Below are positions 15,983 through 22,800 of a stretch of DNA of 37,698 nucleotides, piece after piece (position 1 is the first letter of the stretch; the number at the start of each line of letters is the position of its first letter). Below the pieces are notes generated by a model. It ran no database searches. It was not told the DNA's origin and was given only the letters and a program-made list of their open reading frames with translations. This DNA is from a virus. A program made the position numbers and the translations under genes. The DNA lies in the IMG/VR virus record IMGVR_UViG_3300045988_118522, positions 1 to 37,698 of that record; one strand, 5' to 3'.

Positions 15983-16645
15983 CTATTCCTCCTCCTTGTA
16001 TTCGTCCGTCGTGCCTAAGAGTTTCCACGTGTGCTCGTTGAGTGGAACGCACTGGCTATATACTGCGGAAAAGCAAACATACGGATAGATTTCCCCTTCG
16101 TTGTAGAAACAAAACTTGTCGAAGAGCCAAAACTTACCCTCGTCTCTCACCAGCACCTTGTCACCCTTCTTGAACGGGCATTTCTCCTTTTCCTGCTCAG
16201 CGAGTAATTGCTGCTCGTAGTCCGTGAGGATGAGTTTGAAATCATCTACAAGTGTGTCGATTGGCAACGTTAAAACTTGGAAGTTTTTTAATAGAAACAC
16301 TACCTCACCCAGTTTCGCGGCAATCACGTAAACAAGTTCTGGGTCAAGCGCACAGCAGACGCGGTCACCCACCTTCCAGTCGGTGTAAGTCTCTGGATTG
16401 CGAGGAACTATTTCCAGATCGTGCTTCTCCGCCCATACGCTAAAATCTTCTATGGTTCCGCAACGCTCGTAGCTTCTTGTTACAATTTGGAGACTGCTAT
16501 TAAAAGATTCATTTTCATCAGTGAAGACATACACCACACATCCTTCTCCTTCTTTCGCAACTTTTAGATAGCCTGTCATTACTTCGCCCTCGTCACCTTT
16601 CGCCTTGAATTGCAAGTTGTTGCATTTTGAAAAATCGTATTTCAT
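15983..16645 (-). CDS. Hypothetical protein with two K.GD.V SH3/Tudor-like segments
   Basis: 220-aa ORF ending in KEEE. Confidence 0.65.
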   Translation of the reverse strand: MKYDFSKCNNLQFKAKGDEGEVMTGYLKVAKEGEGCVVYVFTDENESFNSSLQIVTRSYERCGTIEDFSVWAEKHDLEIVPRNPETYTDWKVGDRVCCALDPELVYVIAAKLGEVVFLLKNFQVLTLPIDTLVDDFKLILTDYEQQLLAEQEKEKCPFKKGDKVLVRDEGKFWLFDKFCFYNEGEIYPYVCFSAVYSQCVPLNEHTWKLLGTTDEYKEEE

Positions 16646-16651
16646 AATTTT

Positions 16652-16807
16652 CTAATCTTTTTCGTTGATTTGTTTAATTCTGAACCAGTCAATGTCGTGT
16701 TCGCGCAACCCGAACCATTCAATCACGTCCTCTTTGGTTGCGTCCGGCTTGTCGTAGGTTCTGGTCATAACCCTGCCGTGCTCCGAGAATGTCGCTTCAA
16801 ACTTCAT
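16652..16807 (-). CDS. Small hypothetical protein (51 aa), possible paralog of the gene at 15594..15746
   Basis: Hand-translated as MKFEATFSEHGRVMTRTYDKPDATKEDVIEWFGLREHDIDWFRIKQINEKD*. Residues TF..G..T.TY...ED...HD.I are shared with the other copy. Confidence 0.4.
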   Translation of the reverse strand: MKFEATFSEHGRVMTRTYDKPDATKEDVIEWFGLREHDIDWFRIKQINEKD

Positions 16808-16927
16808 GTACCTTCTTAAATTTTACTAACATTTTTGTTACTTTCTATTGTCGTTGTTGCTGTCAAGCGGAAGCGAATACAACGTCAGCGCTACCGCTAT
16901 GAGCACAATTATAATTGCAGTATTCAT

Positions 16928-17461
16928 TTACTCTCTAAAATCAAATTTTGATATGTCCTCGTCACTGAACCGAGTTCCTTTCTTGAGCCTCTTCAGGCCT
17001 CTGAAGACCTTCTCCATGCCGCCTTCCACCTCGCCCCTGTCAACGCAGAGCATGAGCATCTGGATGATTTCGGCGGAGCTGTGGTTGAAGTCGTCAGAAG
17101 CCTTGACTCCATAGCTCTCAAGCGTGCAGTCTGTGATGAACTTCTGAAGGTCGCGCTCAAACCAGTACATCGCCGCCTTGACCTTCTCGCTGTAGTTCTT
17201 CATGCCCCTGATGATGTCCCCGTCGGCATTCGTCGTGGAGCACTTGAGGCCCATCGAGCGAATCTCCGCACGGATGTCCCTGTCGATATGCTCTATCAGA
17301 ATCTCGAGGGCATTCGCCGTGACCATCCCGAGTTTCACGAGGTCGGGAATCTTGGAGCCCGACACCTTCTGCCAGGCCTTCTTGCGGAGGTCCTTTCGGA
17401 ACTCCTCCACGTTCTTCTTCGCCTGCTCCTTTGTGATTGATTTTTTTTGCAACATTTCCAT
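16928..17461 (-). CDS. Hypothetical protein
   Basis: 177-aa ORF on the same strand. Confidence 0.65.
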   Translation of the reverse strand: MEMLQKKSITKEQAKKNVEEFRKDLRKKAWQKVSGSKIPDLVKLGMVTANALEILIEHIDRDIRAEIRSMGLKCSTTNADGDIIRGMKNYSEKVKAAMYWFERDLQKFITDCTLESYGVKASDDFNHSSAEIIQMLMLCVDRGEVEGGMEKVFRGLKRLKKGTRFSDEDISKFDFRE

Positions 17462-17468
17462 TTTGCTT

Positions 17469-17723
17469 TTATAGTCCCATATTCAGCGCATCTTTATCGA
17501 AGAGGGTAATTGTACCGGTCTCGGCGTTCCGTTCCCGTGTGGCGGACTTATGAGCCCTTCTCGCGCCTTTCTTGAGTGTCATGGACATCCGGTCTGTCAA
17601 ATTCGTCAGCCGGTTGTCCCTGAGCCCCAGCCTCCGGATCCTTTCGATGCAGCTTCTCATCTCTTCATGTTCGCGCGCTGTCAGCGTTATGCTAGAAAGG
17701 GAGGTCGTCTGACGGGTTGTCAT
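17469..17723 (-). CDS. Hypothetical basic protein
   Basis: Start set at MTTRQ; the longer ORF would overlap ssb extensively. An alternative start is at 17660. Confidence 0.4.
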   Translation of the reverse strand: MTTRQTTSLSSITLTAREHEEMRSCIERIRRLGLRDNRLTNLTDRMSMTLKKGARRAHKSATRERNAETGTITLFDKDALNMGL

Positions 17724-18126
17724 AAATCGAGTCTTGTTCTGTCCGCGCCGGCATTCCTGGCCGTGCCGTCTCCGGCCGCTGCCCTGAGGCTTCGGAGCGT
17801 CCGCCCAGCATCTGGATCCTGTCCACAAGGATTTCCGTCCTGTAGGCCTTCTGCCCGTTTACCTCCCAGGAGCGCGTCCTGAGCCTTCCTTCGACGTAGA
17901 GGGACGAGCCTTTCCTGATGTACTTCTCCGCGATGTCCGCAAGCCCCCTCCATGCAACGATGTTGTGCCACTCGGTCTGCTCTTGTACGCTTCCGTCCTT
18001 CGCTTTGTACCTCTCGCTTGTCGCTAGGGTGAACAGCGCGACCTTCGGGTGTTCCGGTGTCTCGAGGTACCGGATTTCCGGGTCCTTTCCCACGTTGCCA
18101 ATCAGCATTACTTTGTTCAATGCCAT
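17692..18126 (-). CDS. ssb: Single-stranded DNA-binding protein
   Basis: OB-fold pattern MALNKVMLIGNVGKDPEIRY...TEWHNIVAW and an acidic DDLPF tail. Confidence 0.9.
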   Translation of the reverse strand: MALNKVMLIGNVGKDPEIRYLETPEHPKVALFTLATSERYKAKDGSVQEQTEWHNIVAWRGLADIAEKYIRKGSSLYVEGRLRTRSWEVNGQKAYRTEILVDRIQMLGGRSEASGQRPETARPGMPARTEQDSIYDNPSDDLPF

Positions 18127-18149
18127 AATTTTTCCTGTTTTTTTGTTTG

Positions 18150-19010
18150 TCAATATTTTCTAAACTGAAGCGTCTGGCTGCCCTGCAGCCACTTCTTCAG
18201 CAGCGCCGCCTCAGCATCTGCGCGTCCTGCGCCCATCAGCCAGGCATGTGTCTCCTCGCCGATTTTCAGAGCAGGCACACTCCCGGATAGGTCTACTGCG
18301 ACCTTGTCGGAGAGCATCTGTGCTCTTACATCTGCCGGAGCCTTCTGCGCCAACTCCCACCAGGCCTCTGCGAACCGGTCCGGAAACCTCTTGCCAGGCT
18401 TCTCCGGCTTCCACTGCCTGGCTTTTGCCAGCCGCTTTGCGTCCGTGTCTAGAGCTGCGCCCTTTTCGAGTACCCAGCCGCTGGCCTCATAAAAGTCCAG
18501 GAACTTCCTCGTCTCCGCTTCTGCGCCGTTGACGTTGCGTTTCCAAAATGTCGGAAAGAAGAAATTAAAATCTGTGTGTGGTGCTGGTGGTGTGCTCGCG
18601 CGCGCCTGCGCGCTATTAACACACACACTATGTGTTACATAATCATAATCATTATCATAATCAGCTTGATTTGCTTCCTCTTGTTGCGTTTGCTTAGCAT
18701 CGTTAGCATTTGCTTGTTTTGCTTGGCGTTGCTTAGCATTGCTTGCATTTGCATTTCTAGCCGCCGCACCTTTCTTTCCGCTCTCGCTTCGACTTGCCAC
18801 CATGTCCTGATAGCGCTGGAAATCCCTGTCCATGTCTCTTTTCACAAACTCGAAGGCTACTTTTGCCAAAGGTTTCAGTTCAGGGGTGACCCCCGTGCGA
18901 GCATACCCAATAATGCCGCCGCGCACCTCCTCCCTGACCTCCTCTGGCAAGTTGTCCAATACTTCCTCCCAGTTGAGATGATAGACGAATGAATCTCTCT
19001 TGACGGGCAT
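18150..19010 (-). CDS. Putative replication organizer-like protein (DUF6291-like N-terminus)
   Basis: 286 aa with a low-complexity NAKQ/DYDND linker in the middle. It sits between the recombination genes and ssb. The function is tentative. Confidence 0.5.
   Translation of the reverse strand: MPVKRDSFVYHLNWEEVLDNLPEEVREEVRGGIIGYARTGVTPELKPLAKVAFEFVKRDMDRDFQRYQDMVASRSESGKKGAAARNANASNAKQRQAKQANANDAKQTQQEEANQADYDNDYDYVTHSVCVNSAQARASTPPAPHTDFNFFFPTFWKRNVNGAEAETRKFLDFYEASGWVLEKGAALDTDAKRLAKARQWKPEKPGKRFPDRFAEAWWELAQKAPADVRAQMLSDKVAVDLSGSVPALKIGEETHAWLMGAGRADAEAALLKKWLQGSQTLQFRKY
18671..18744. repeat. Six TTGCTT iteron-like repeats with spacings of 19, 20, 9, 10 and 10 bp
   Basis: TTGCTT occurs at 18671, 18690, 18710, 18719, 18729 and 18739. 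An AT-rich tract (18636..18662) is adjacent. Confidence 0.45.
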
Positions 19011-19013
19011 AGG

Positions 19014-19565
19014 CTAGCGAATAGTGAGCGTGTCGCTCGTTGTCCTCGTTACTCCAGCCGGCATGATGTCGTTGCCCTTCGTGAAATCCGAAATCCCTTT
19101 CTTGCTGATTTTCAGCTCGACGGAAATGTAGTCAGGCAAACCTTCCGAGAACTTCATCATCTTAGACCTGAACGGCTCAAGCACTTCTTCCTCGTTCACC
19201 TCTATGCCATCTTTCTTCGTGAGTGTCGCAGTATAGATGTCGCCTTTGATTTTCGTGAGCCCGAATGCCGACATGGTCGTCTTCACATATTCGCGGATGC
19301 GCTTGTTTGCATTCTCGACCGCCTTTTTCTTTGCCTGCAGCGATTTGATTGTCTGGTCGAGCTGGTCCTTCCTCGCATCGAGGAAGTCGAGATAGCCCTT
19401 GTATGCGTCAATCTTACGAGGTATCTCTGTCTCGGTCGTCGCGAGCGCCTGCTCGATTTCCGGAGTCAATTCTCCTCCGCTTTCCTCAAGTTCAAGCTCT
19501 GTCTGAAATGCAAGGGCCTGAAGGTCATACAGAGACATGCTCTTTGTTGTTGTGTCTTGTGTCAT
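19014..19565 (-). CDS. Siphovirus Gp157-like protein
   Basis: 183-aa coiled-coil protein located immediately after the ERF gene. Confidence 0.6.
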   Translation of the reverse strand: MTQDTTTKSMSLYDLQALAFQTELELEESGGELTPEIEQALATTETEIPRKIDAYKGYLDFLDARKDQLDQTIKSLQAKKKAVENANKRIREYVKTTMSAFGLTKIKGDIYTATLTKKDGIEVNEEEVLEPFRSKMMKFSEGLPDYISVELKISKKGISDFTKGNDIMPAGVTRTTSDTLTIR

Positions 19566-19573
19566 AATGCTTT

Positions 19574-20335
19574 TTATTTAGAATTTGGTTTATAGTCTCG
19601 TTGTGCCTGCTCCAGCATTGCCAGCGCCTCGCCGGAAAAGACCATACCGCTTTTGAGCGCCTTGTCGATAGTGTCGAGCTGCCCCTTGTTGATTCTTGCG
19701 ATCAGCTTCATGTAGGTGTCGTCGCCAGCTTGTATCACTCGCACTTGCATCGGTTGCTGTCTGCCTCGCGCCGGAGCCGGAACTGGTGCCTGTGGAATGA
19801 CCGGAGCCGGCTGCGGCTGCGGCCGTGGTGCCGGTGCTGGTGCCGGCGGCATCTGAACGTTCACCGGCATGGCTTCCGTGATAGGCAGCTCATCGACATC
19901 GTCCTCGTCCGTGGCGATGTGGAAGAACTTGAGCAGGAAGTATCTCTCGCCGTATGTCAGCGCGCTTCCCAGTCCTTTATCCCATCCGTTCTGTCCGAAT
20001 GCGATAAATTCGTTCTCGTCACGCTCGCCCGTGTCGACGTCTATCCAGGTGAAGCGCATCTTCAGCGCTGTGAACATCTCCGACCTGTGGCCGTAGGCGG
20101 TGGTGTAATCTATCCGCTCGTGCGACTCTTCCACAATCTCCTGCTTCAGGATGATTCCCAGCTGGTCCATTTTCGGGCGCAGATACCCCAGCAGTTTAGA
20201 TCCGGAAACGAACCTGTACGAGTTCTTGTCTCCTCCTCCGGCGGCATTGGGCATCAGTGCCCTGACTACCCTCTGAAGTTCCAGAATCTTCCGGTACACT
20301 CCAGTTTGCGTCTTTGTGTCTGTCTTGTTCTCCAT
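19574..20335 (-). CDS. ERF-family single-strand annealing recombinase
   Basis: GSALTYGERYFLLKFFHIATDEDD is an ERF-type core; the C-terminal tail is Pro/Ala-rich. Confidence 0.8.
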   Translation of the reverse strand: MENKTDTKTQTGVYRKILELQRVVRALMPNAAGGGDKNSYRFVSGSKLLGYLRPKMDQLGIILKQEIVEESHERIDYTTAYGHRSEMFTALKMRFTWIDVDTGERDENEFIAFGQNGWDKGLGSALTYGERYFLLKFFHIATDEDDVDELPITEAMPVNVQMPPAPAPAPRPQPQPAPVIPQAPVPAPARGRQQPMQVRVIQAGDDTYMKLIARINKGQLDTIDKALKSGMVFSGEALAMLEQAQRDYKPNSK

Positions 20336-20504
20336 ACACTTGTTTTTTTTGTTTGTTGTTGGAGCCCCTGAAAGGTATCACCCTCGCAAGGGCTTGTCGC
20401 AGAGCTTTGGAAACTTGTACAACAACATCACAGATTTATAGGTTGCCCTGCGCCGCGCATCGCTGCGCGTTATTATGTTAACATTGGTATTCCTCCGATG
20501 GCAG

Positions 20505-20687
20505 CTACGCCGGTCTTGCGCTATTCTCATGAACCAGCATCCGCCTGCCGTTTTCCAGCCTCGCTATCATGTAGCCTAAACCGAAGCTGTCGTATTCCAG
20601 GACCTCACCCCTGGCGGTGCCGTTGGCCGCTTCCCACTCGATTACGTCGCCCGGACTGAATCGAGGACCTTCCGCATTAGAATTCAT
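20505..20687 (-). CDS. Small hypothetical protein (Tudor/SH3-like)
   Basis: 60 aa, with the pattern GDVIEWEAANGTARGEV. Confidence 0.45.
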   Translation of the reverse strand: MNSNAEGPRFSPGDVIEWEAANGTARGEVLEYDSFGLGYMIARLENGRRMLVHENSARPA

Positions 20688-20844
20688 GACATCTCTCCCT
20701 TATTCTTTCGTCCTCAAACCTGTCGTCGTCATAGTCCGACATCCGACGCTCCTCCGCATCTTCATCCGTCTCCTCCCTCGCCGGATCTCCAGCAGCTCGC
20801 ACGGAGTTGCGAAACAGATAATTAAGTATTGCCTTGTTGCTCAT
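20677..20844 (-). CDS. Small acidic hypothetical protein
   Basis: Start at MSNKAIL (20844), with an ATGA overlap onto the upstream stop. Confidence 0.4.
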   Translation of the reverse strand: MSNKAILNYLFRNSVRAAGDPAREETDEDAEERRMSDYDDDRFEDERIRERCHEF

Positions 20845-21128
20845 GATTGACCTCCTTTTATGCTTTTCAAAATCAAACCTGCGTTTTCCTTTTCTGCCGC
20901 CTTCAGGCAGTCCAGCCGGTGTCGGCTGTAAATCTTTTTGTTCCCGCGTCTTACGAATTCCACGAGCCCCCTGTCGAGTTTGTCGTTCAGCCATCTTGTT
21001 CCGTAGGCCTTCCGGGCCTCGTTCTCGCTCATCTCGTCTGCAACCGGATTGGTCCTTCTGAGAATCGCGTCGGCAATGAGTTGACTCACCTGCTCGTAGT
21101 CGCGAGCGATAGAATCAATGCTACTCAT
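20841..21128 (-). CDS. Putative DNA-binding early protein (excisionase/HTH-like)
   Basis: 95 aa; ARKAYGTRWLNDKLDRGLVEFVRRGNKKIYSRHRLD resembles a winged-helix Xis-type fold. Tentative. Confidence 0.45.
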   Translation of the reverse strand: MSSIDSIARDYEQVSQLIADAILRRTNPVADEMSENEARKAYGTRWLNDKLDRGLVEFVRRGNKKIYSRHRLDCLKAAEKENAGLILKSIKGGQS

Positions 21129-21312
21129 GACGTGTCACCTTATACTGTCCAACTCCGATTTTATTCACAGAATAGACCTGTCCATATTCTTCCTTCAGTC
21201 GCGAGCAGAGTGTCGCGAGGTATGTCCGTCTGGATTCTGCCCTGCTGAAAACAAGTTCCTCTCCGACGTTCATGGCTTTCAAAGCCCCGCTAATGTTTCT
21301 TTTTACTTCCAT
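21121..21312 (-). CDS. Hypothetical protein
   Basis: 63-aa ORF on the same strand. Confidence 0.5.
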   Translation of the reverse strand: MEVKRNISGALKAMNVGEELVFSRAESRRTYLATLCSRLKEEYGQVYSVNKIGVGQYKVTRHE

Positions 21313-21328
21313 CTTTTTCCTCCTGTTT

Positions 21329-21418
21329 TGGAGGGGAAGAGGGGTCTCGAACCCTCTCTTGCCGCAGCACCATTTCCGATTTTGGTCGCCAGCATCGCGC
21401 CACCCGCGAAACTTCCCC
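21329..21418 (-). tRNA. tRNA-like gene 1 (90 nt) with encoded CCA; anticodon arm non-canonical, identity undetermined
   Basis: Acceptor stem GGGGAAG/CTTCCCC, U8, D arm TCGC-GGGTGGC-GCGA, T arm GAGGG-TTCGAGA-CCCCT, then T-CCA. The central 35 nt fold as a 5-bp stem, an internal loop, a 4-bp stem and a 10-nt loop (AAAUCGGAAA). Confidence 0.5.
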
Positions 21419-21459
21419 TGACACTAAAACTATGTTAAACACACAAACGCATCGCTGCG

Positions 21460-21572
21460 TGGCCGGAGGGGAGAGGAATCGAACCTCCCTGTGGACCTGG
21501 GCTTCTCTGAGCGAGACCTTTAATGCTTCTCCGAGAACCCTGTGCGGCACTCCATATCCGCACCTTCCTCCG
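21460..21572 (-). tRNA. tRNA-like gene 2 (about 113 nt) with encoded CCA; elongated central arm, identity undetermined
   Basis: 3' end GGGAGG-TTCGATT-CCTCTC-CCCTCCG-G-CCA. The 5' strand is CGGAGGA, the D stem is 6 bp (GTGCGG/CCGCAC), and the central arm GGGTTCTC...GAGAAGCCC encloses 25 nt. Confidence 0.35.
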
Positions 21573-21703
21573 TTGTGACCGCCAAGCGCCTATCCAGGTC
21601 CATCCTGGCGGTCTAGCGCCGCGCCTGCTTTCGCGGCATAATCAGATAATAATAAATATGTTAGTTGACGCCCTTGCCTTCACAGGTTCGTGCGGCATTG
21701 TCA

Positions 21704-21880
21704 TTAGTCGTCTTCAATGATTTTCAATCCTGCGCCAAGACAGACGCACATCGCCAGGAATCTGGCAGCGTCACAATGCTGGCTGCCGAAAAACAGGTAA
21801 GCCATGCCGGCGGCGATGATTATGCCGCCCAAGACTTTTGATATGACGTCCTTCGACGCCGCTTTAGTTTCCTTTCTCAT
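21704..21880 (-). CDS. Small membrane protein, first gene of the leftward early operon
   Basis: Start set at MRKETK (21880), because the longer ORF begins upstream of the candidate promoter. Two hydrophobic segments. Confidence 0.5.
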   Translation of the reverse strand: MRKETKAASKDVISKVLGGIIIAAGMAYLFFGSQHCDAARFLAMCVCLGAGLKIIEDD

Positions 21881-21906
21881 ATGTTTGTTTTTTGTCGCTA
21901 TTTGTA

Positions 21907-21930
21907 TAACTTTGTTGTTAACTAACTTTG
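21907..21930 (+). promoter_or_regulatory. Two candidate -7 boxes (TAACTTTG) directed toward the repressor gene
   Basis: TAACTTTG occurs at 21907..21914 and 21923..21930 and matches TAnnTTTG. Confidence 0.35.
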
Positions 21931-21937
21931 TTACATG

Positions 21938-21945
21938 CAAAGGTA
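21938..21945 (-). promoter_or_regulatory. Candidate -7 box of the leftward early promoter
   Basis: The minus strand reads TACCTTTG (TAnnTTTG) and overlaps operator-like repeat O1. Confidence 0.4.
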
Positions 21946-21980
21946 AGTAATGTAACTTACATTTGCAAGTAATGACTTAC
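21943..21980. promoter_or_regulatory. Two operator-like inverted repeats (O1 and O2)
   Basis: O1 is GTAAGTAATGTAACTTAC (21943..21960) and O2 is GCAAGTAATGACTTAC (21965..21980). They lie between the divergent repressor gene and early operon. Confidence 0.45.
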
Positions 21981-22013
21981 TTTTTTTGAAAAACCTTTTT
22001 ACTTTGTTTATAA

Positions 22014-22400
22014 ATGGTTGATTTACATGCTTTTAGAAAAGTAAATAAATTAAAACAAGAAGACTTGGCGAAGTATTTGAACACGACTCGCGCCTTTATT
22101 TCAATGGTTGAAACTGGCGCGAGTAAGTTACCCCCAGAAAAGTTAAGCTTACTTCTTAATAATACGCAGGGATGGGATACGAAGATGCTTGTCGATAACG
22201 GCGGCATTTACGCCGGAAATAACAACGCCGGCGATGTGAATGTACAGATAGGTCAGAACAGGGCGGGCAATCGCCCGAAAGATGGCGACGCAGTTACGCA
22301 GATGGCGGTGCTGGAGAAGGAGAACGAGATGCTGAGGGAACAGCTGAAGGACAAGGAGGCGCAGATAGATTTTCTCCGCGCGCTAGTGAAGAATAATTAA
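22014..22400 (+). CDS. CI-like repressor (XRE HTH N-terminus, coiled-coil C-terminus)
   Basis: KLKQEDLAKYLNTTRAFISMVETGASKLP is an HTH. The gene is divergent from the early operon. Confidence 0.8.
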   Translation: MVDLHAFRKVNKLKQEDLAKYLNTTRAFISMVETGASKLPPEKLSLLLNNTQGWDTKMLVDNGGIYAGNNNAGDVNVQIGQNRAGNRPKDGDAVTQMAVLEKENEMLREQLKDKEAQIDFLRALVKNN

Positions 22401-22422
22401 TAACCAATAAATACATATCTTT

Positions 22423-22716
22423 ATGGAAGAAACAACGAGCAAGGCTTCCGCAAGACAGGAAAGCGTAAATATCAACCTCTTTGCCGAGAAAACTCTGCAG
22501 AATGCGGCATCGGCCGTTCTGGTTCTCGGTATAAGTGTAGCCGTATTATGCCTCATCTTTGGAATCAGTGAAATTCTAAACGGAGATTCATTTTCCATGG
22601 TGCTTATATTGTGCGGCGTTTCTGTCCTGATACTGTCCCTGCTGATATATTCAGGGATTAAGGTGTTCGCGGATATGTCCGTCACACTCAAGGAGATTAA
22701 CGCGAAACTGAAGTAG
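22423..22716 (+). CDS. Membrane protein (2-3 TM) downstream of the repressor
   Basis: 97 aa with hydrophobic segments AVLVLGISVAVLCLIFGI and MVLILCGVSVLILSLLIY. Confidence 0.65.
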   Translation: MEETTSKASARQESVNINLFAEKTLQNAASAVLVLGISVAVLCLIFGISEILNGDSFSMVLILCGVSVLILSLLIYSGIKVFADMSVTLKEINAKLK

Positions 22717-22800
22717 GCGCGGATTCCGTGTTGTCAAGAATTGACAATAATAGTCGCCAAACGGCAATAATTTGGCGTAAACCTCTTATAACATAAAACT

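Noticed and set aside
19601-20371. 256-aa plus-strand ORF.
   Set aside because: It is antisense to the ERF recombinase gene.
21290-21550. 86-aa minus-strand ORF, and the 106-aa plus-strand ORF at 21118..21438.
   Set aside because: Both overlap the tRNA-like genes. They have odd composition and no start context, so they are treated as non-coding.
21460-21572. tRNA-Sec, tmRNA or a group-I-intron-containing tRNA as the identity of tRNA-like 2.
   Set aside because: The 13-bp acceptor-plus-T stack and the 6-bp D stem resemble tRNA-Sec, but no UCA anticodon sits in a 7-nt loop. The element is far too short for tmRNA. No matching 5' exon (CCGGAGGGG) occurs further upstream.
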